Shown here in pieces: positions 10,599 through 20,991 of a stretch of DNA of 64,000 bases. The DNA is from Alphaproteobacteria bacterium. Its GTDB lineage: Bacteria; Pseudomonadota; Alphaproteobacteria; UBA2966. Both the position numbers and the translations under genes were made by a program. Each line of letters opens with the position of its first letter. The first letter of the stretch is position 1. The DNA is taken from the NCBI GenBank assembly GCA_964291395.2, contig OZ219858.1, positions 992,001-1,056,000 on the forward strand. The letters run 5' to 3'. Below the pieces are notes generated by a model. The model was given only the letters and a program-made list of their open reading frames with translations, ran no database searches and was not told the DNA's origin.

Positions 10599-11237
10599 GT
10601 CGATCTCTCAAACCCGTCGCACGGAGGGCTCAGGCACGGGACCCGACTGTATGTTTCCAACTACGATCAGGAGATACTCAAGTATACCGACAGCCGGAAC
10701 ATAACACTCCACGATCGGCTGATAACAGCCCCACCAGGAAGGCAGCGCGCTGTCTGTCCGCCATGCGTGCTGCCGCAGGAGGAATCTCGATCCCACTTGG
10801 TGCCGCTCTTGACCGATGGCCCAGAAAGATGGACGAACGGACCAGGGATAACGACCGTCGACGTGAATCCGGTTCCGGGCAGGAAGATCTCTATCCATAC
10901 TTGTGCAAGCTGTCGCTTGCGGGGTTGATGTTGGGGCGTCGCGGTCTCGACACGGTTGTCGAACTGTACACGTATTGGATCGATCATTCTACATGGAAGG
11001 AGCCGGCTCCCTGCACAGCCGCGGGGCGGTGACGGAGCGGTGAGCGACTCGACCGAAAATCCGGCAGGGGCACGCACCGGCTCACTGTCGTCGGTGCGGG
11101 GATGCGAAAGATTTTGGAGTTCCACAGAAATACGTTCGTAAGCTGGCGCTGTATGCACGAGTACATGCGTGGCAGGGTTTGGCTGACAGAGCTCGACGAG
11201 ACCTTGGCGGCGACCGTCGAGACTTATGATGATCCGA

Positions 11238-11265
11238 CCCTGACAGCCCTGACAGCCCTGACAGC
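11238..11265. repeat. 9-bp tandem repeat CCCTGACAG x3
   Basis: Seen directly, inside a degenerate ORF. Confidence 0.9.
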
Positions 11266-11304
11266 ATCGACAACGGGTCCACCCGCGGTGGAAGGACAAC
11301 GGCG

Positions 11305-11886
11305 TTGAAGCTCCCAAACGGAGACCGTTCCATCATTGATCGGCGGAAGATCACGGATTACTGCCTCAGCCTCGATCACGACGATGGCAATCGCAAGGTC
11401 CGTTTGTTCCAGGAACTCATCGGTCTGAACCAGAACAGCTCAACGCTGTTGCTTGACGCGCTCCGCACAGTGGCCGCAACCGATGATGCGATCGTTGGCA
11501 AAGTGGACGAGTACGGTCGCCGGTACATCATCGACTTCGAGCTCGAAGGTCCGCGGGGCATGGCCATGACTCGTTCGGCATGGATCGTGAGAGCCGATGA
11601 AGAGGTACCTCGGCTGGTCACCTGCTGTATTCCGAGCTCGCTGACTCGCACATGGATGATTGACGTGGCCGAAACACGACAACTGCTGTTGGATCTGGTA
11701 GCCGTGGTCCGCAGCTCTGGCGATCCGGAAATCCAGGCGGGCGACGTGGGGACCATTGTCGAGCTGCCCCCTTCCGACGCTCTGGAAGTCGAGTTCCTGA
11801 GCCGTGACGGCCGAACCCGGCACATCGGCACGCTCTCCACCGATGACGTGCTCGTTCTCAACCGCGAGCGGACCCGCGTCGCCTGA
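11305..11886 (+). CDS. Fused DUF6883-like and DUF4926-like proteins (putative toxin/immunity pair, probably degenerate)
   Basis: MKLPN..R.II...KI..Y.L...H..G..K and PRLVT N-half; GDVGTIVE...EVEF...DGRT C-half; family names from recall. Confidence 0.65.
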   Translation: MKLPNGDRSIIDRRKITDYCLSLDHDDGNRKVRLFQELIGLNQNSSTLLLDALRTVAATDDAIVGKVDEYGRRYIIDFELEGPRGMAMTRSAWIVRADEEVPRLVTCCIPSSLTRTWMIDVAETRQLLLDLVAVVRSSGDPEIQAGDVGTIVELPPSDALEVEFLSRDGRTRHIGTLSTDDVLVLNRERTRVA

Positions 11887-12091
11887 ACCGTCAAGGGATC
11901 GCAGGCGGCGCACCGTCTATCCTGGTGCGGACTCGGACGGTGCCTGAGGGAGGATCTCAGCGCCCGCCTGAAGATGCCCAGGCAGCCGTGATCGGCCCAC
12001 CCCGGTCGAGACGGCGGCATGGAGCCGACCTCTTGGCCGGGCGCGCGTCCGCCTCCGGCAACTCTCCAGAACCGGTTCCGGAGAAGTCGGG

Positions 12092-13492
12092 CTAGCACTC
12101 CGGCAGGTTCACGGCGAGGCCGCCGAGGCTCGTCTCCTTGAACTTGGAGCTCATCTCCCGGCCCGTTTCCCGCATCGCGGCGATGCAGTTGTCCAGCGGC
12201 ATGAAGTGCGTGCCGTCCCCGCGCAGCGCGAGCGATGCGGCGGCCACGGCCTTCGTCGCGCCGATGCCGTTGCGCTCGATGCACGGCACCTGAACGAGAC
12301 CGGCGACCGGGTCGCAGGTCATGCCGAGGTGGTGCTCCAGCGCGATCTCGGCCGCGTTCTCCACCTGCTCCGGCGTGCCGCCCAAGACCGCGCACAGGCC
12401 GGCCGCCGCCATGGCCGCCGCGGACCCGACTTCCGCCTGGCACCCCGCGTCGGCGCCCGAGATCGAGGCGTTGTACTTGATCAGGCCGCCGATGGCCGCG
12501 GCGGTGAGCAGGAATTCCGGGACGCGCCCCTCGTCGGCGCCGACGCAATGGTCGAGGTAGTAGCGCAGCACCGCCGGAACGACCCCGGCGGCGCCGTTGG
12601 TGGGCGCCGTGACGACCCTGCCCCCGCTGGCGTTCTCCTCGTTGACCGCCATCGCGTAGACGTTGAGCCAGTCCGAGAAGACGTGCGGCTGAAGCCTGTT
12701 GGAACCCTGCTCGCGGCGGAGCTGCTCGAAGAGCTTCCCGGCCCGCCGCACGACGCGGAGTCCGCCGGGGAGCTCGCCGTGGCTGGACAGCCCGCGGTCG
12801 ATGCACCCGGCCATCGCGGACCAGATCGCCGACAGCCCGGCATCGATCTCGGTGTCGGAGCGGTGGACGCGTTCGTTGGCGCGCTTCATCCCGGCGATGG
12901 ACGTCCCGCTCTCGCCCGCCATCCGCAGCATGGCCGCGGCGGTGTCGAACGGGAAGGGGACCCGCGGGTCGTGCTCGTCGGCCGTCCCGTCCGCCGCCTT
13001 GGCGAGGTCTTCCTCCGTCGCGATGAAGCCGCCGCCCGTCGAGTAGTAGATCTGATCGAGATGGTGCGCGCCGCGCCGGTCCGTCGCCGTGAACCGCAAC
13101 CCGTTGGGATGCCCCTGCAGCGGCGGACCGATGTCGAAGACGAGGTCCTCGTCCGGGTCGAACGCGAGGACCGGGCCTTCATGCGAAGGCAGGCGTCGGT
13201 TCGCCCGAAGGCCGGCGAGATCCTCCTCGGCCCGGTCCATGTCGAGGTCTGCCGCTCCGTGGCCGAGCAGGCCCAACATGACCGCCCGGTCCGTCGCGTG
13301 GCCCTTTCCGGTGAAGGCCAGCGAGCCGTGGAGGGTGACGCGCACGCGCAGCCACGCCTCGGCGGGAGGAGTGGCCCGGCGCGCCTCCGAGAGCAGCTCG
13401 AGAAAGGCGGCGGCGGCGGCCATCGGCCCCATGGTGTGGGACGAGGACGGACCGATGCCCACCTTGAAGATGTCGAAGACGCTCAGGAACAT
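12092..13492 (-). CDS. sdaA: L-serine ammonia-lyase (Fe-S dependent)
   Basis: [54 protein letters not shown]. Confidence 0.96.
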   Translation of the reverse strand: MFLSVFDIFKVGIGPSSSHTMGPMAAAAAFLELLSEARRATPPAEAWLRVRVTLHGSLAFTGKGHATDRAVMLGLLGHGAADLDMDRAEEDLAGLRANRRLPSHEGPVLAFDPDEDLVFDIGPPLQGHPNGLRFTATDRRGAHHLDQIYYSTGGGFIATEEDLAKAADGTADEHDPRVPFPFDTAAAMLRMAGESGTSIAGMKRANERVHRSDTEIDAGLSAIWSAMAGCIDRGLSSHGELPGGLRVVRRAGKLFEQLRREQGSNRLQPHVFSDWLNVYAMAVNEENASGGRVVTAPTNGAAGVVPAVLRYYLDHCVGADEGRVPEFLLTAAAIGGLIKYNASISGADAGCQAEVGSAAAMAAAGLCAVLGGTPEQVENAAEIALEHHLGMTCDPVAGLVQVPCIERNGIGATKAVAAASLALRGDGTHFMPLDNCIAAMRETGREMSSKFKETSLGGLAVNLPEC

Positions 13493-13524
13493 GGGGACCC
13501 AAATGGCCCGAACGAAGGCTCCCG

Positions 13525-14679
13525 TCAAGCGGCGTCGGCGGAATGGAGCCCGGAGGATCTTTCTCTGTGGGCCGCGGCAGCGCGGCCGACCGCGTCGGGG
13601 TCCAGCTCGAAGCCCAGCCCCGGTCCGCCGAGCACGGGGAGCCTTCCGCTCTGCAGCGTCAGATCGGGCCGGCGGACGATGTCCCAGGCCAGCAGGTCGT
13701 TCATGTACTGGTTGCCGTCGTCCAGGTTGGGTGTGACCGCCGCCGCCTGGTTCGAAGCTGCCGTCGTGATGCCCGTCTCGAAGAGGCCGTGAATGCAGAC
13801 GTCGATGTCCGCCGTCGCCGCGACGTGGGCGACCTTGCAGAAGCGCAGCAGACCGCCGCTCTCGTGGAGACCGACGGTGATCAGGTCCGCGGCTTCATGG
13901 CGGCAGACCTCGAAGGTGTCCTGCGGCGTAAAGACGCTCTGGTCCGCCGCGATCGCGACGGGACTGCCTGCCCGGACGTTGGCCAGCGCCGCGATGCTCT
14001 CCGCATGGGTGGGTTGCTCCACGAGCTCGATGTCGAAGCGGGACAGCCTGTGGATCATGCGGACGGCCCGGGCGGGCTGCCAGTGCTCGTTTGCGTCCAC
14101 CCGCAGGCGCTTGTCCGGCCCGATGGCCGCCCGGACCTGGGCGACGATCTCCGTGTCGAGATCGTCGCCCCGGCCCACCTTGACGTAGATGACGTCACAA
14201 CCCGAGTCCGTCAGCCGCCGGGCGTCGGCAGCGACGTCTTCCGGAGTCCCGCCCTGCGGGAACCCGAAGTACCGCACCTCGTCGCGCACCGCGCCCCCCA
14301 GCAGCTCATGGACCGGCCGGCCGACCGCCTTGCCCATGACGTCCCAAAGCGCCATCTCGAGCCCGGCCAGCACCTGCCCGGCGAACCTCGGGGCGCTGCA
14401 GTTGCCCTCGAGTTCGAACAGGGTGTGGTAGGCCTCGCCCATCAGGCGGGTGTTCTCGAACGGACTACGGCCGATGCAGGGGCCGGCTGCCAGGGACAGG
14501 TAGGCCCCGATCGCCTCGGCCGACGGCGTGGCCAAGGACTCGCCGTATCCGGTCACGCCCTCGTCGGTACGGACCTCGACCAGGATCACGCCCGCGCCGT
14601 GGGTGACGCCTTGGGCCCAGTGGTAGGGCACGGTGTAGGGGATCCACAGCGGCGTCGTCACAATCTCGCTAATCCTCAC
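13525..14679 (-). CDS. Mandelate racemase/muconate lactonizing enzyme family (enolase superfamily)
   Basis: VRTDEGVTGYGE, EMALWD..GK..G.PV.ELLGG, DAN, EQP. Confidence 0.9.
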   Translation of the reverse strand: MRISEIVTTPLWIPYTVPYHWAQGVTHGAGVILVEVRTDEGVTGYGESLATPSAEAIGAYLSLAAGPCIGRSPFENTRLMGEAYHTLFELEGNCSAPRFAGQVLAGLEMALWDVMGKAVGRPVHELLGGAVRDEVRYFGFPQGGTPEDVAADARRLTDSGCDVIYVKVGRGDDLDTEIVAQVRAAIGPDKRLRVDANEHWQPARAVRMIHRLSRFDIELVEQPTHAESIAALANVRAGSPVAIAADQSVFTPQDTFEVCRHEAADLITVGLHESGGLLRFCKVAHVAATADIDVCIHGLFETGITTAASNQAAAVTPNLDDGNQYMNDLLAWDIVRRPDLTLQSGRLPVLGGPGLGFELDPDAVGRAAAAHRERSSGLHSADAA

Positions 14680-14756
14680 GTGCTTCCTCCAACGGTCGGC
14701 AATTCGGCGTCACGTGCGGGAGCCCGCCTCCGACAAGGAAGACGCGGATAGCCGCC

Positions 14757-16049
14757 CTACTTGCCGAGCAGCAGTTCGGGCAGCCAGAGCGACACCTCGG
14801 GGATGTAGGTTGTGATGATCAGCGTCGGGATCCATGCGAACGCGATGAGGATGAGGGTCGGGCCGATCATTTCGTTGACCGGCGTGCGGCCGACGCGTGC
14901 GCCGAGATAGAGGAGCGGGGCGGTCGGCGGCGTGATGTTCCCCATGCCCAGGTTGACGCCGATGATGGCCGCGAACTGGATGGGGTCGATGCCGAGGTCC
15001 AGCACTATCGGGAACAGCAGCGGCGCGCCCAGCAGGATGCCCGACACGTCGTCCATCAGCATGCCGATCAGGATCAGTACGAAATTGATCATGATGAGGA
15101 TGACGATCGGGTTCTCCGAGACGGCGTAGATGATCTCCTGCGCGATGCCGGGGATGTCCTCGAAGATCAGCATGCGGCTCACGATCATCACCATGAAGAA
15201 CATGACCATGACGACGCCCGTCGTGGTCGCTGTCTCCAGCAGGGCCTGCACGAAGTTGCCTCGGTTGAGGCCCTTGTAGACGAAGAAGCCGACCGGGATC
15301 GCGTAGATCACTGCGATGCCGGCGGCTTCGGTCGGAGTCATGATGCCGCCATAGATGCCGCCGAGGATGATCACCGGCATCAGGAAGGCCGGGACCGCGT
15401 GCCAGCCCTTGCGGGCGACGTCGGCGGCGAAGGTGGGCGACGGCGGCAGCGTCTTGATGTTCTTGTGCTTGCGCAGCATGACGAAGTTCACCGCCACGAT
15501 GAGGAGCACCAGGATGAGACCGGGGATTACCGTGGCGAGGAAGCACTTGAGAACGGACTGCCGCGTCACCCAGGCATAGATGATCTGGATGGCGCTCGGC
15601 GGGATGAGGAGGCCGAGCGGCGCCGAGTTGGCGATCACTGCGGAAGCGATGCCGCGCGGGTAGTTGGCCTCGCGCAGTTGCGGCATCATGATCGCGCCGA
15701 TGCAGGTGAGCGTCGCCGAGGCCGAGCCGGAGATCGAGCCGAAGATGGCGCTCGCGACCACCGCCGCCGCGCTGAGGCCGCCGCGGAAGCGGCCGACGAA
15801 CATCTCGGCGAGCGACGCGAGCGGCGCGGCGATCTTTCCCCGTTCCATGATGCCGCCCGCCATGATGAAGAGCGGGATCGCCAGCAGCACCAGAGCGTTC
15901 ATGCGCCAGTGCCCGGAGGGCAGCAGCGTCGTGAAGTCGTGGCCGCCGGCGAAGGCGACGTAGATCATGGTGAGCCCGAAGGCCAGTGGCACAGAGAGCC
16001 CGAGGATGAGGGCGCCACAGAGGATGACGAGCGTGAAGAGAAGGAGCAT
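14757..16049 (-). CDS. dctM: TRAP transporter large permease
   Basis: LLAIPLFIMAG, FGSISGSA, LIPPS, TPTEA, ITPP. Confidence 0.95.
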   Translation of the reverse strand: MLLLFTLVILCGALILGLSVPLAFGLTMIYVAFAGGHDFTTLLPSGHWRMNALVLLAIPLFIMAGGIMERGKIAAPLASLAEMFVGRFRGGLSAAAVVASAIFGSISGSASATLTCIGAIMMPQLREANYPRGIASAVIANSAPLGLLIPPSAIQIIYAWVTRQSVLKCFLATVIPGLILVLLIVAVNFVMLRKHKNIKTLPPSPTFAADVARKGWHAVPAFLMPVIILGGIYGGIMTPTEAAGIAVIYAIPVGFFVYKGLNRGNFVQALLETATTTGVVMVMFFMVMIVSRMLIFEDIPGIAQEIIYAVSENPIVILIMINFVLILIGMLMDDVSGILLGAPLLFPIVLDLGIDPIQFAAIIGVNLGMGNITPPTAPLLYLGARVGRTPVNEMIGPTLILIAFAWIPTLIITTYIPEVSLWLPELLLGK

Positions 16050-16052
16050 CTC

Positions 16053-16583
16053 TCAGACCTCCCGTGTCTCGACTGGGCCGCGCCGGACGCTGACGTAGAG
16101 GTGCAGCGCGGTATAGAGGCCCATCAGAACGAAGCCGAGGAAGATTCCGAACCGGGGCACGACGAAGGGAATGTTCCAGGCCACGGTCTTCGGCCAGCCG
16201 GGGTATTCCGCAACGTCCTCGAGGACCATCACCGCGCCCCACCAGGACATGACGATGAGCACGGCGAGTTCCAGCGCGAGGGTCAGGTTGGCGAGCAGCC
16301 AGCGGGCGCGGGCGCTCGAGACCATCGCCGCCATGAAATCGGCCTTGATGTGGGTGTTGTCGAAGCTGCCCTGCGCGCCGCCGACGAAGTAGAGCCAGAA
16401 CGCCACCACCAGGACCCATTCCTCGTAGGCGAACAGGTCGGCCTCGAAGCCGTAGCGCAGGATCACCACGAAGAAGAACACGAGCGCCAACGCCATGCTG
16501 GCGGCCACCAGCAGGACCTTCTGGAGCGCCAGCATGAGGCGCACCGGACCGTGAAGCCCCCGTGGGATATCGTCGATCACCAT
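16053..16583 (-). CDS. dctQ: TRAP transporter small permease
   Basis: Four TM helices, EE..L...W..F.G...HI..D; lies between dctP and dctM. Confidence 0.9.
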   Translation of the reverse strand: MVIDDIPRGLHGPVRLMLALQKVLLVAASMALALVFFFVVILRYGFEADLFAYEEWVLVVAFWLYFVGGAQGSFDNTHIKADFMAAMVSSARARWLLANLTLALELAVLIVMSWWGAVMVLEDVAEYPGWPKTVAWNIPFVVPRFGIFLGFVLMGLYTALHLYVSVRRGPVETREV

Positions 16584-16727
16584 TGACCCCCTCCCCGTCG
16601 TCTCAGTGAGAGATCGGCCCGCGATCGCCAGCCGGGAACGCGATGCGGGCCGATCCCCCGTCCCGACCGGGACCGTTCCAATGATCGTCCGTACCGTCGC
16701 CCGTTGACGGCACGGCCACGGGCGGGC

Positions 16728-17741
16728 CTACTGCGCGTCCGCCTTGAGCTCGTCCAGAAGTTCCTTGCCGAAGGCGTCTTCCAGCTTCGGCCAGGTCGTG
16801 GCCCGCACGTGGTCCGCGATCGCGCCGCGCTCCTCGTCGGTGAGCGCGATCACCGTCACGCCGGCTTCCGACAGCTTGCCCATGAACTCCTCGTCGATGG
16901 TCTCGGAGGCGTCGAAGGACGCGATCGCGGCCTTGGCGAAGGTGCTCTCGACCGCCGCCTTCTGGGCGTCGTCGAGCTTGTTCCACGACTTTCGGCTCAT
17001 GTAGTAGGCGGTGTTTTCGACGAAGCTGTTGTAGGGGACGTAGTACTTGATGGCGTCGCGGAACGAGGTGTAGTTCGCCTCCGGCGTTCCGCCGATGGCG
17101 CCGTCCACCACGCCCTGCTGGAGCGCGGGGAACACGTCGCCCCAGTCGATCGTGGTGGTGTTGAAGCCGATGTCCTGGGCGGTCTCCTTTGCGACGTTCG
17201 CGCTCCAGACGCGGATCGTCAGGCCCTTGTCTCCGACACCCTTCGCATCCTGCGGCTCCTTCGAGGTGCCCACGCCGATAAAGCCCTCGCCGAAGATGCC
17301 GAGCAGCTTGATGTCCTGTTTGGCGAGCAGCTCGGAATAGATGCGGTAGAAGTTCGATCCCGGCGTGAAGACCTTCTTCATCTGGGCATAGTTCTCGACC
17401 AGGTACGGGATCGAGTTGATCTCGAGCAGCGGATCGTTGTGGCTGTAAATGAAGGTGTGCGCGATGTCGATCGCGCCCTTGCGAACGTCGCCGAATACCT
17501 GCTCGCCGGTGCCGAGCTGCCCCGAGGGGAAGAGCTGCACTTTCAGGCCGACGTCGGCCCCTTCGAGGTCCTTCTCGATCTGCTTGAGGGTGACGGTGGC
17601 GTTGTGGTCGGCCGCATGCTGGCCGGCGATGCGCAGCCGCGTGTCGGCGGAGGCGGTGGTTGCGAGGACCGAGAGCGCGAGCGCGGCGGCGCCGAGCCCG
17701 GCGAATGTCCTGCGCGAGATGTCGAACGTGACGTGTTTCAT
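16728..17741 (-). CDS. dctP: TRAP transporter substrate-binding protein
   Basis: FPSGQLG, GLTIRV, ALQQGVVDG; signal peptide with SRRTF (possible Tat). Confidence 0.93.
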   Translation of the reverse strand: MKHVTFDISRRTFAGLGAAALALSVLATTASADTRLRIAGQHAADHNATVTLKQIEKDLEGADVGLKVQLFPSGQLGTGEQVFGDVRKGAIDIAHTFIYSHNDPLLEINSIPYLVENYAQMKKVFTPGSNFYRIYSELLAKQDIKLLGIFGEGFIGVGTSKEPQDAKGVGDKGLTIRVWSANVAKETAQDIGFNTTTIDWGDVFPALQQGVVDGAIGGTPEANYTSFRDAIKYYVPYNSFVENTAYYMSRKSWNKLDDAQKAAVESTFAKAAIASFDASETIDEEFMGKLSEAGVTVIALTDEERGAIADHVRATTWPKLEDAFGKELLDELKADAQ

Positions 17742-17921
17742 GGCGGTTCCTCGTCTGGCTGTCGCCGCGGTGCATGACGCGGCATCCAACCCTGACCCCA
17801 TGACGCGAACACGAATAGAATTTATGCGTCGATTTGCGGTATAATCGCGCATCACGGCGATTTTGTGCCCCGGTTCGGCCGAAATGCGTCTCCTCATCCC
17901 GTACCACGAACGCATAGGCCG

Positions 17922-19013
17922 TTACTCGCGACGTCCGGAATCCTCCACGAAGTGCAGCTTGCGAACGTCGGCCCGCAGCCCCTCGCCGTGCTCCTGCACC
18001 GCGACCCGTTGCCGCCGCGCCTCCCGCGGGGTCTCTCCGTAGACGCGCCGGAACCATCTTATGAAGTGGGAGCTGTCCGAGAACCCGCATTCATGGGCGA
18101 TGCGGATGATTGGGATGCCGGTGTTGAGCACGCGCCACCGCGCGTGCTGCAGGCGCATGGTGCGCCAGATCTCCGCGGGCGAGAGCTTCGTGTGCGCCTT
18201 GAAGGCCCGGTCGAGCTGGCTGACGCTGACGCGGAGCTGCCGGGCGATGTCCTTGACCGTACCGCCTTCCGAAAGGCTTTGCCGCATGAGCTTGATCGCA
18301 TGTTCGACACGTTCGTCGCCGCAACACTCCAGGTCATTGAAGGGGTGGCGGGGCACGTGGAACGCGGCGCGGTGCTCGTCGACGATCAGGTCGGCGAGTC
18401 CCTTCGTCGCGCGCGCCCGGCCGCTGTAGCTGGAGATGATGTCGACCGCGAGGTCGATGGCCGCCGTCCCGCCCGGACAGGTCGCCAGGTTCCGGTCGAA
18501 CACGTAGATCTCATGGGTGATGGGTTCCACGTCCGGGAACGAATCCTCGAACTCCTGGGCGTGGCGGAAGTGAACCGCGCACCGGCGGTCGTCCAGCAGA
18601 CCGGCGTTGGCCAGGGTGAAACAGCCGGTGCACAGCCCCACGATCAGGAGGTTCTCCCGGTCCGCCTCCCTGAGGAAGTCCAGGGTCTCGGGCGCGTGCT
18701 CCCTTGACGCCGGCAGGAGGCCGCCCACCACGACGATGCAGTCGAAGCGGACCGGGTTTCCCAAAAGCGCCTGCGGCACCACGTCTACTCCGCCGCTCGA
18801 GGACACCGGATCGAGCGTCGGACCGATGACCTCCCAGGCGCAGTAGACCTGCCGGCTCCGGTCCCCCTCGTCGGCCGCGTGGCGCAGCACGTCCAGGAAC
18901 CCCGCGAAGGGCAGCATGGTGAAGCGCGGCGAGAGGATGAAGCCGACGCGGATGTCGGGTTCGATCGGGGGCGCGCCGGTCGGCACCGGCGTCGGGTCCG
19001 GGGCGGTTTCCAT
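17922..19013 (-). CDS. GlxA-family AraC transcriptional regulator
   Basis: DJ-1/PfpI-like N-domain (GLCTG, TCPGGTAAID) and AraC HTH (CGFSDSSHF). Confidence 0.92.
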   Translation of the reverse strand: METAPDPTPVPTGAPPIEPDIRVGFILSPRFTMLPFAGFLDVLRHAADEGDRSRQVYCAWEVIGPTLDPVSSSGGVDVVPQALLGNPVRFDCIVVVGGLLPASREHAPETLDFLREADRENLLIVGLCTGCFTLANAGLLDDRRCAVHFRHAQEFEDSFPDVEPITHEIYVFDRNLATCPGGTAAIDLAVDIISSYSGRARATKGLADLIVDEHRAAFHVPRHPFNDLECCGDERVEHAIKLMRQSLSEGGTVKDIARQLRVSVSQLDRAFKAHTKLSPAEIWRTMRLQHARWRVLNTGIPIIRIAHECGFSDSSHFIRWFRRVYGETPREARRQRVAVQEHGEGLRADVRKLHFVEDSGRRE

Positions 19014-19401
19014 CTCCCGTCACGTGTTCGAGGGGCCAGAACCTTCCTTTTCCGGGACTGGTATCGCTGGACGACGAGGCAATCGGTCCTTGCTCATCGC
19101 CTCGGCAGCAGGCCGACACGTAGGTCCTCAGACATAGGCATCGTATGCGCTCATGGCGCGTTTGGAGAGAAGATTTTGTCTGAATTAGGGAACGAAAGTA
19201 GCCAAACGATGTGTTTTTGTCGTCAAGGAATACAAATCTTCTATCTCTGTGCATCGCAAGGCACTCATCGAATCGATGAGGATTTCATGAGATCGGGACG
19301 GCGATCATTGAGAGACGAAAGGGGGAACGATCTCGGAAAGCTTGATGTAACCGCACGTATGATCACCTCTGCAGACTGGCCGAAACGATGGACCGAGTGC
19401 G

Positions 19402-19692
19402 TCAGGCCGCTTCCAGAGGCGTGATGCCCGAAAGATCGACGGTTTCCCGGGCGCGGGCGACGTCATGGGCTCGCTGCAGGTTTATCCAGAGCTCCGGCGT
19501 GTTGCCGAAAAACCTTGAGAGCCGCGTAGCGGTGTCTACCGTCAGAGAGGTTTCGCCCTTCACCAGCCGTTCGATGCGCGTCCTGAGCACATTCGGGCGT
19601 TTGGCGAGCGTGATCGCGCTCATACCAAGCGGCTCAAGATACAACTCCACGAGCACCTCGCCCGGGTGACAGGGGTTATCAATCAGCATCAT
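19402..19692 (-). CDS. higA: HigA family antitoxin
   Basis: HPGEVL.E.YLEP, TATRLSRFFGNTPELWINLQ. Confidence 0.88.
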   Translation of the reverse strand: MMLIDNPCHPGEVLVELYLEPLGMSAITLAKRPNVLRTRIERLVKGETSLTVDTATRLSRFFGNTPELWINLQRAHDVARARETVDLSGITPLEAA

Positions 19693-19877
19693 CTTCCGCC
19701 CCTCCGGTGGCAGTCCGTGATCTCGACATCCGCCGGTCCCTGATCTGTCCACACAAAGCGGATACGCCATTGATCGTTGATGCGTATCGAATGCTGGTCT
19801 GCCCGGTCGCGCTTGAGCTCCTCCAGGTGGTTTCCGGGTGGAAATCTCAAATCCTCAAGAACCACAGCGGCGTCCAT
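19689..19877 (-). pseudogene. higB: 5'-truncated HigB (RelE-family) toxin
   Basis: DLRFPPGNHLEELK.DR..QHSIRINDQWRI.F.W; N-terminal third missing at the island boundary; usual DYH-stop reads through. Confidence 0.85.
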
Positions 19878-19885
19878 CGGACGCG

Positions 19886-20815
19886 CTACGCGTCCATCAG
19901 TTCCAGGACGTGCGCCTCCGTCGAGCGGGCCAGCGCCCCGAGGTCGTAGCCTCCTTCGAGGGCGGAAACCATGCGCCCGTCGCAACACTCCTTCGCGACG
20001 GCGAGCAGTTCGCGGGTGATCCACCGGTAGTCGTCCTCGGTCAGCCGCAGCTGCGCCAGGGGGTCGTCGGCGTGCGCGTCGAAGCCCGCGGAAGTGAACA
20101 GGATGTCGGGATCGAATCGCCGCAGGCCGGGAAGGATCCTGTCCTCGTAGGCGGCCCGGAACTCGGCGGACCCCGACCCCGCCGCGAGCGGCGCGTTGAA
20201 GATGTTTCCCACGCCCGTCTCGTTTTCGGACCCGGTTCCCGGATAGAACGGTGCCTGGTGCGACGACGCGTAGAACAGATCCTCGTCGTTCTCGAACATG
20301 TGCTGCGTGCCGTTGCCGTGATGGACGTCGAAATCGACGACGGCTGCCCGCTGCAGCCCGTGTTCGGCGCGGCCGTGAAGGGCGCCGACGGCGACGTTGT
20401 TGAACAGGCAGAACCCCATGGAGCGTGCCCGTTCGGCATGGTGTCCCGGTGGACGCACGGCGCAGAACGCGTTCTCGGCGCCCTGCTCGGTCATGATCGC
20501 GTCGACGGCCGCCACGACGGCGCCGGCGCCGCGCCGCGCCGCCTCGCCGGAAGCCGGAGACACGACGGTATCCGGATCGAGATGCCGGTGTCCCGTCTTC
20601 GGGATCGCAGCCAGCACGGCATCGACGTACTCGGGTTCGTGAACCAGCGAGAGTTGCTCGCGGCTCGCCTCGGGTGCTTCACGGCGAACCAGGCCGTCGA
20701 AACTCTCGCCGGCCAGCACCGCCTGCACCGAGCGTAGGCGATCCGGGCTCTCGGGGTGACGGTCGCCCGTGTGGTGGTCGATGCAGACCCGATGGGTATA
20801 CAGGAGTGTTGCCAT
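19886..20815 (-). CDS. Histone deacetylase family protein (AcuC/AphA-like)
   Basis: HPESPDR, RPPGHHAE, GFCLFNN, DFDVHHGNGTQ, LEGGY. Confidence 0.95.
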   Translation of the reverse strand: MATLLYTHRVCIDHHTGDRHPESPDRLRSVQAVLAGESFDGLVRREAPEASREQLSLVHEPEYVDAVLAAIPKTGHRHLDPDTVVSPASGEAARRGAGAVVAAVDAIMTEQGAENAFCAVRPPGHHAERARSMGFCLFNNVAVGALHGRAEHGLQRAAVVDFDVHHGNGTQHMFENDEDLFYASSHQAPFYPGTGSENETGVGNIFNAPLAAGSGSAEFRAAYEDRILPGLRRFDPDILFTSAGFDAHADDPLAQLRLTEDDYRWITRELLAVAKECCDGRMVSALEGGYDLGALARSTEAHVLELMDA

Positions 20816-20991
20816 TGTCCGCCATCGAACTCCTCTGTTTGACTTCACGAACCGTCGAGCCGGCGGAACGCTGTCTATTTGAAGATTTTCGCGGTTAAAT
20901 GACGCCCTGACAATGGAGGGCCGGTGCGTCGCCGGAACGGTCCGCCGGATTCCGGCACTCCGGTCGCGAAGCATGACGGGCGTCGGGTGGA

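Larger units (their letters stand above)
6108..19881. mobile_element. Genomic island between xseB and the HDAC-family gene
   Basis: Flanked by degenerate direct repeats; accessory cargo and TA remnants; no intact integrase inside. Confidence 0.65.
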
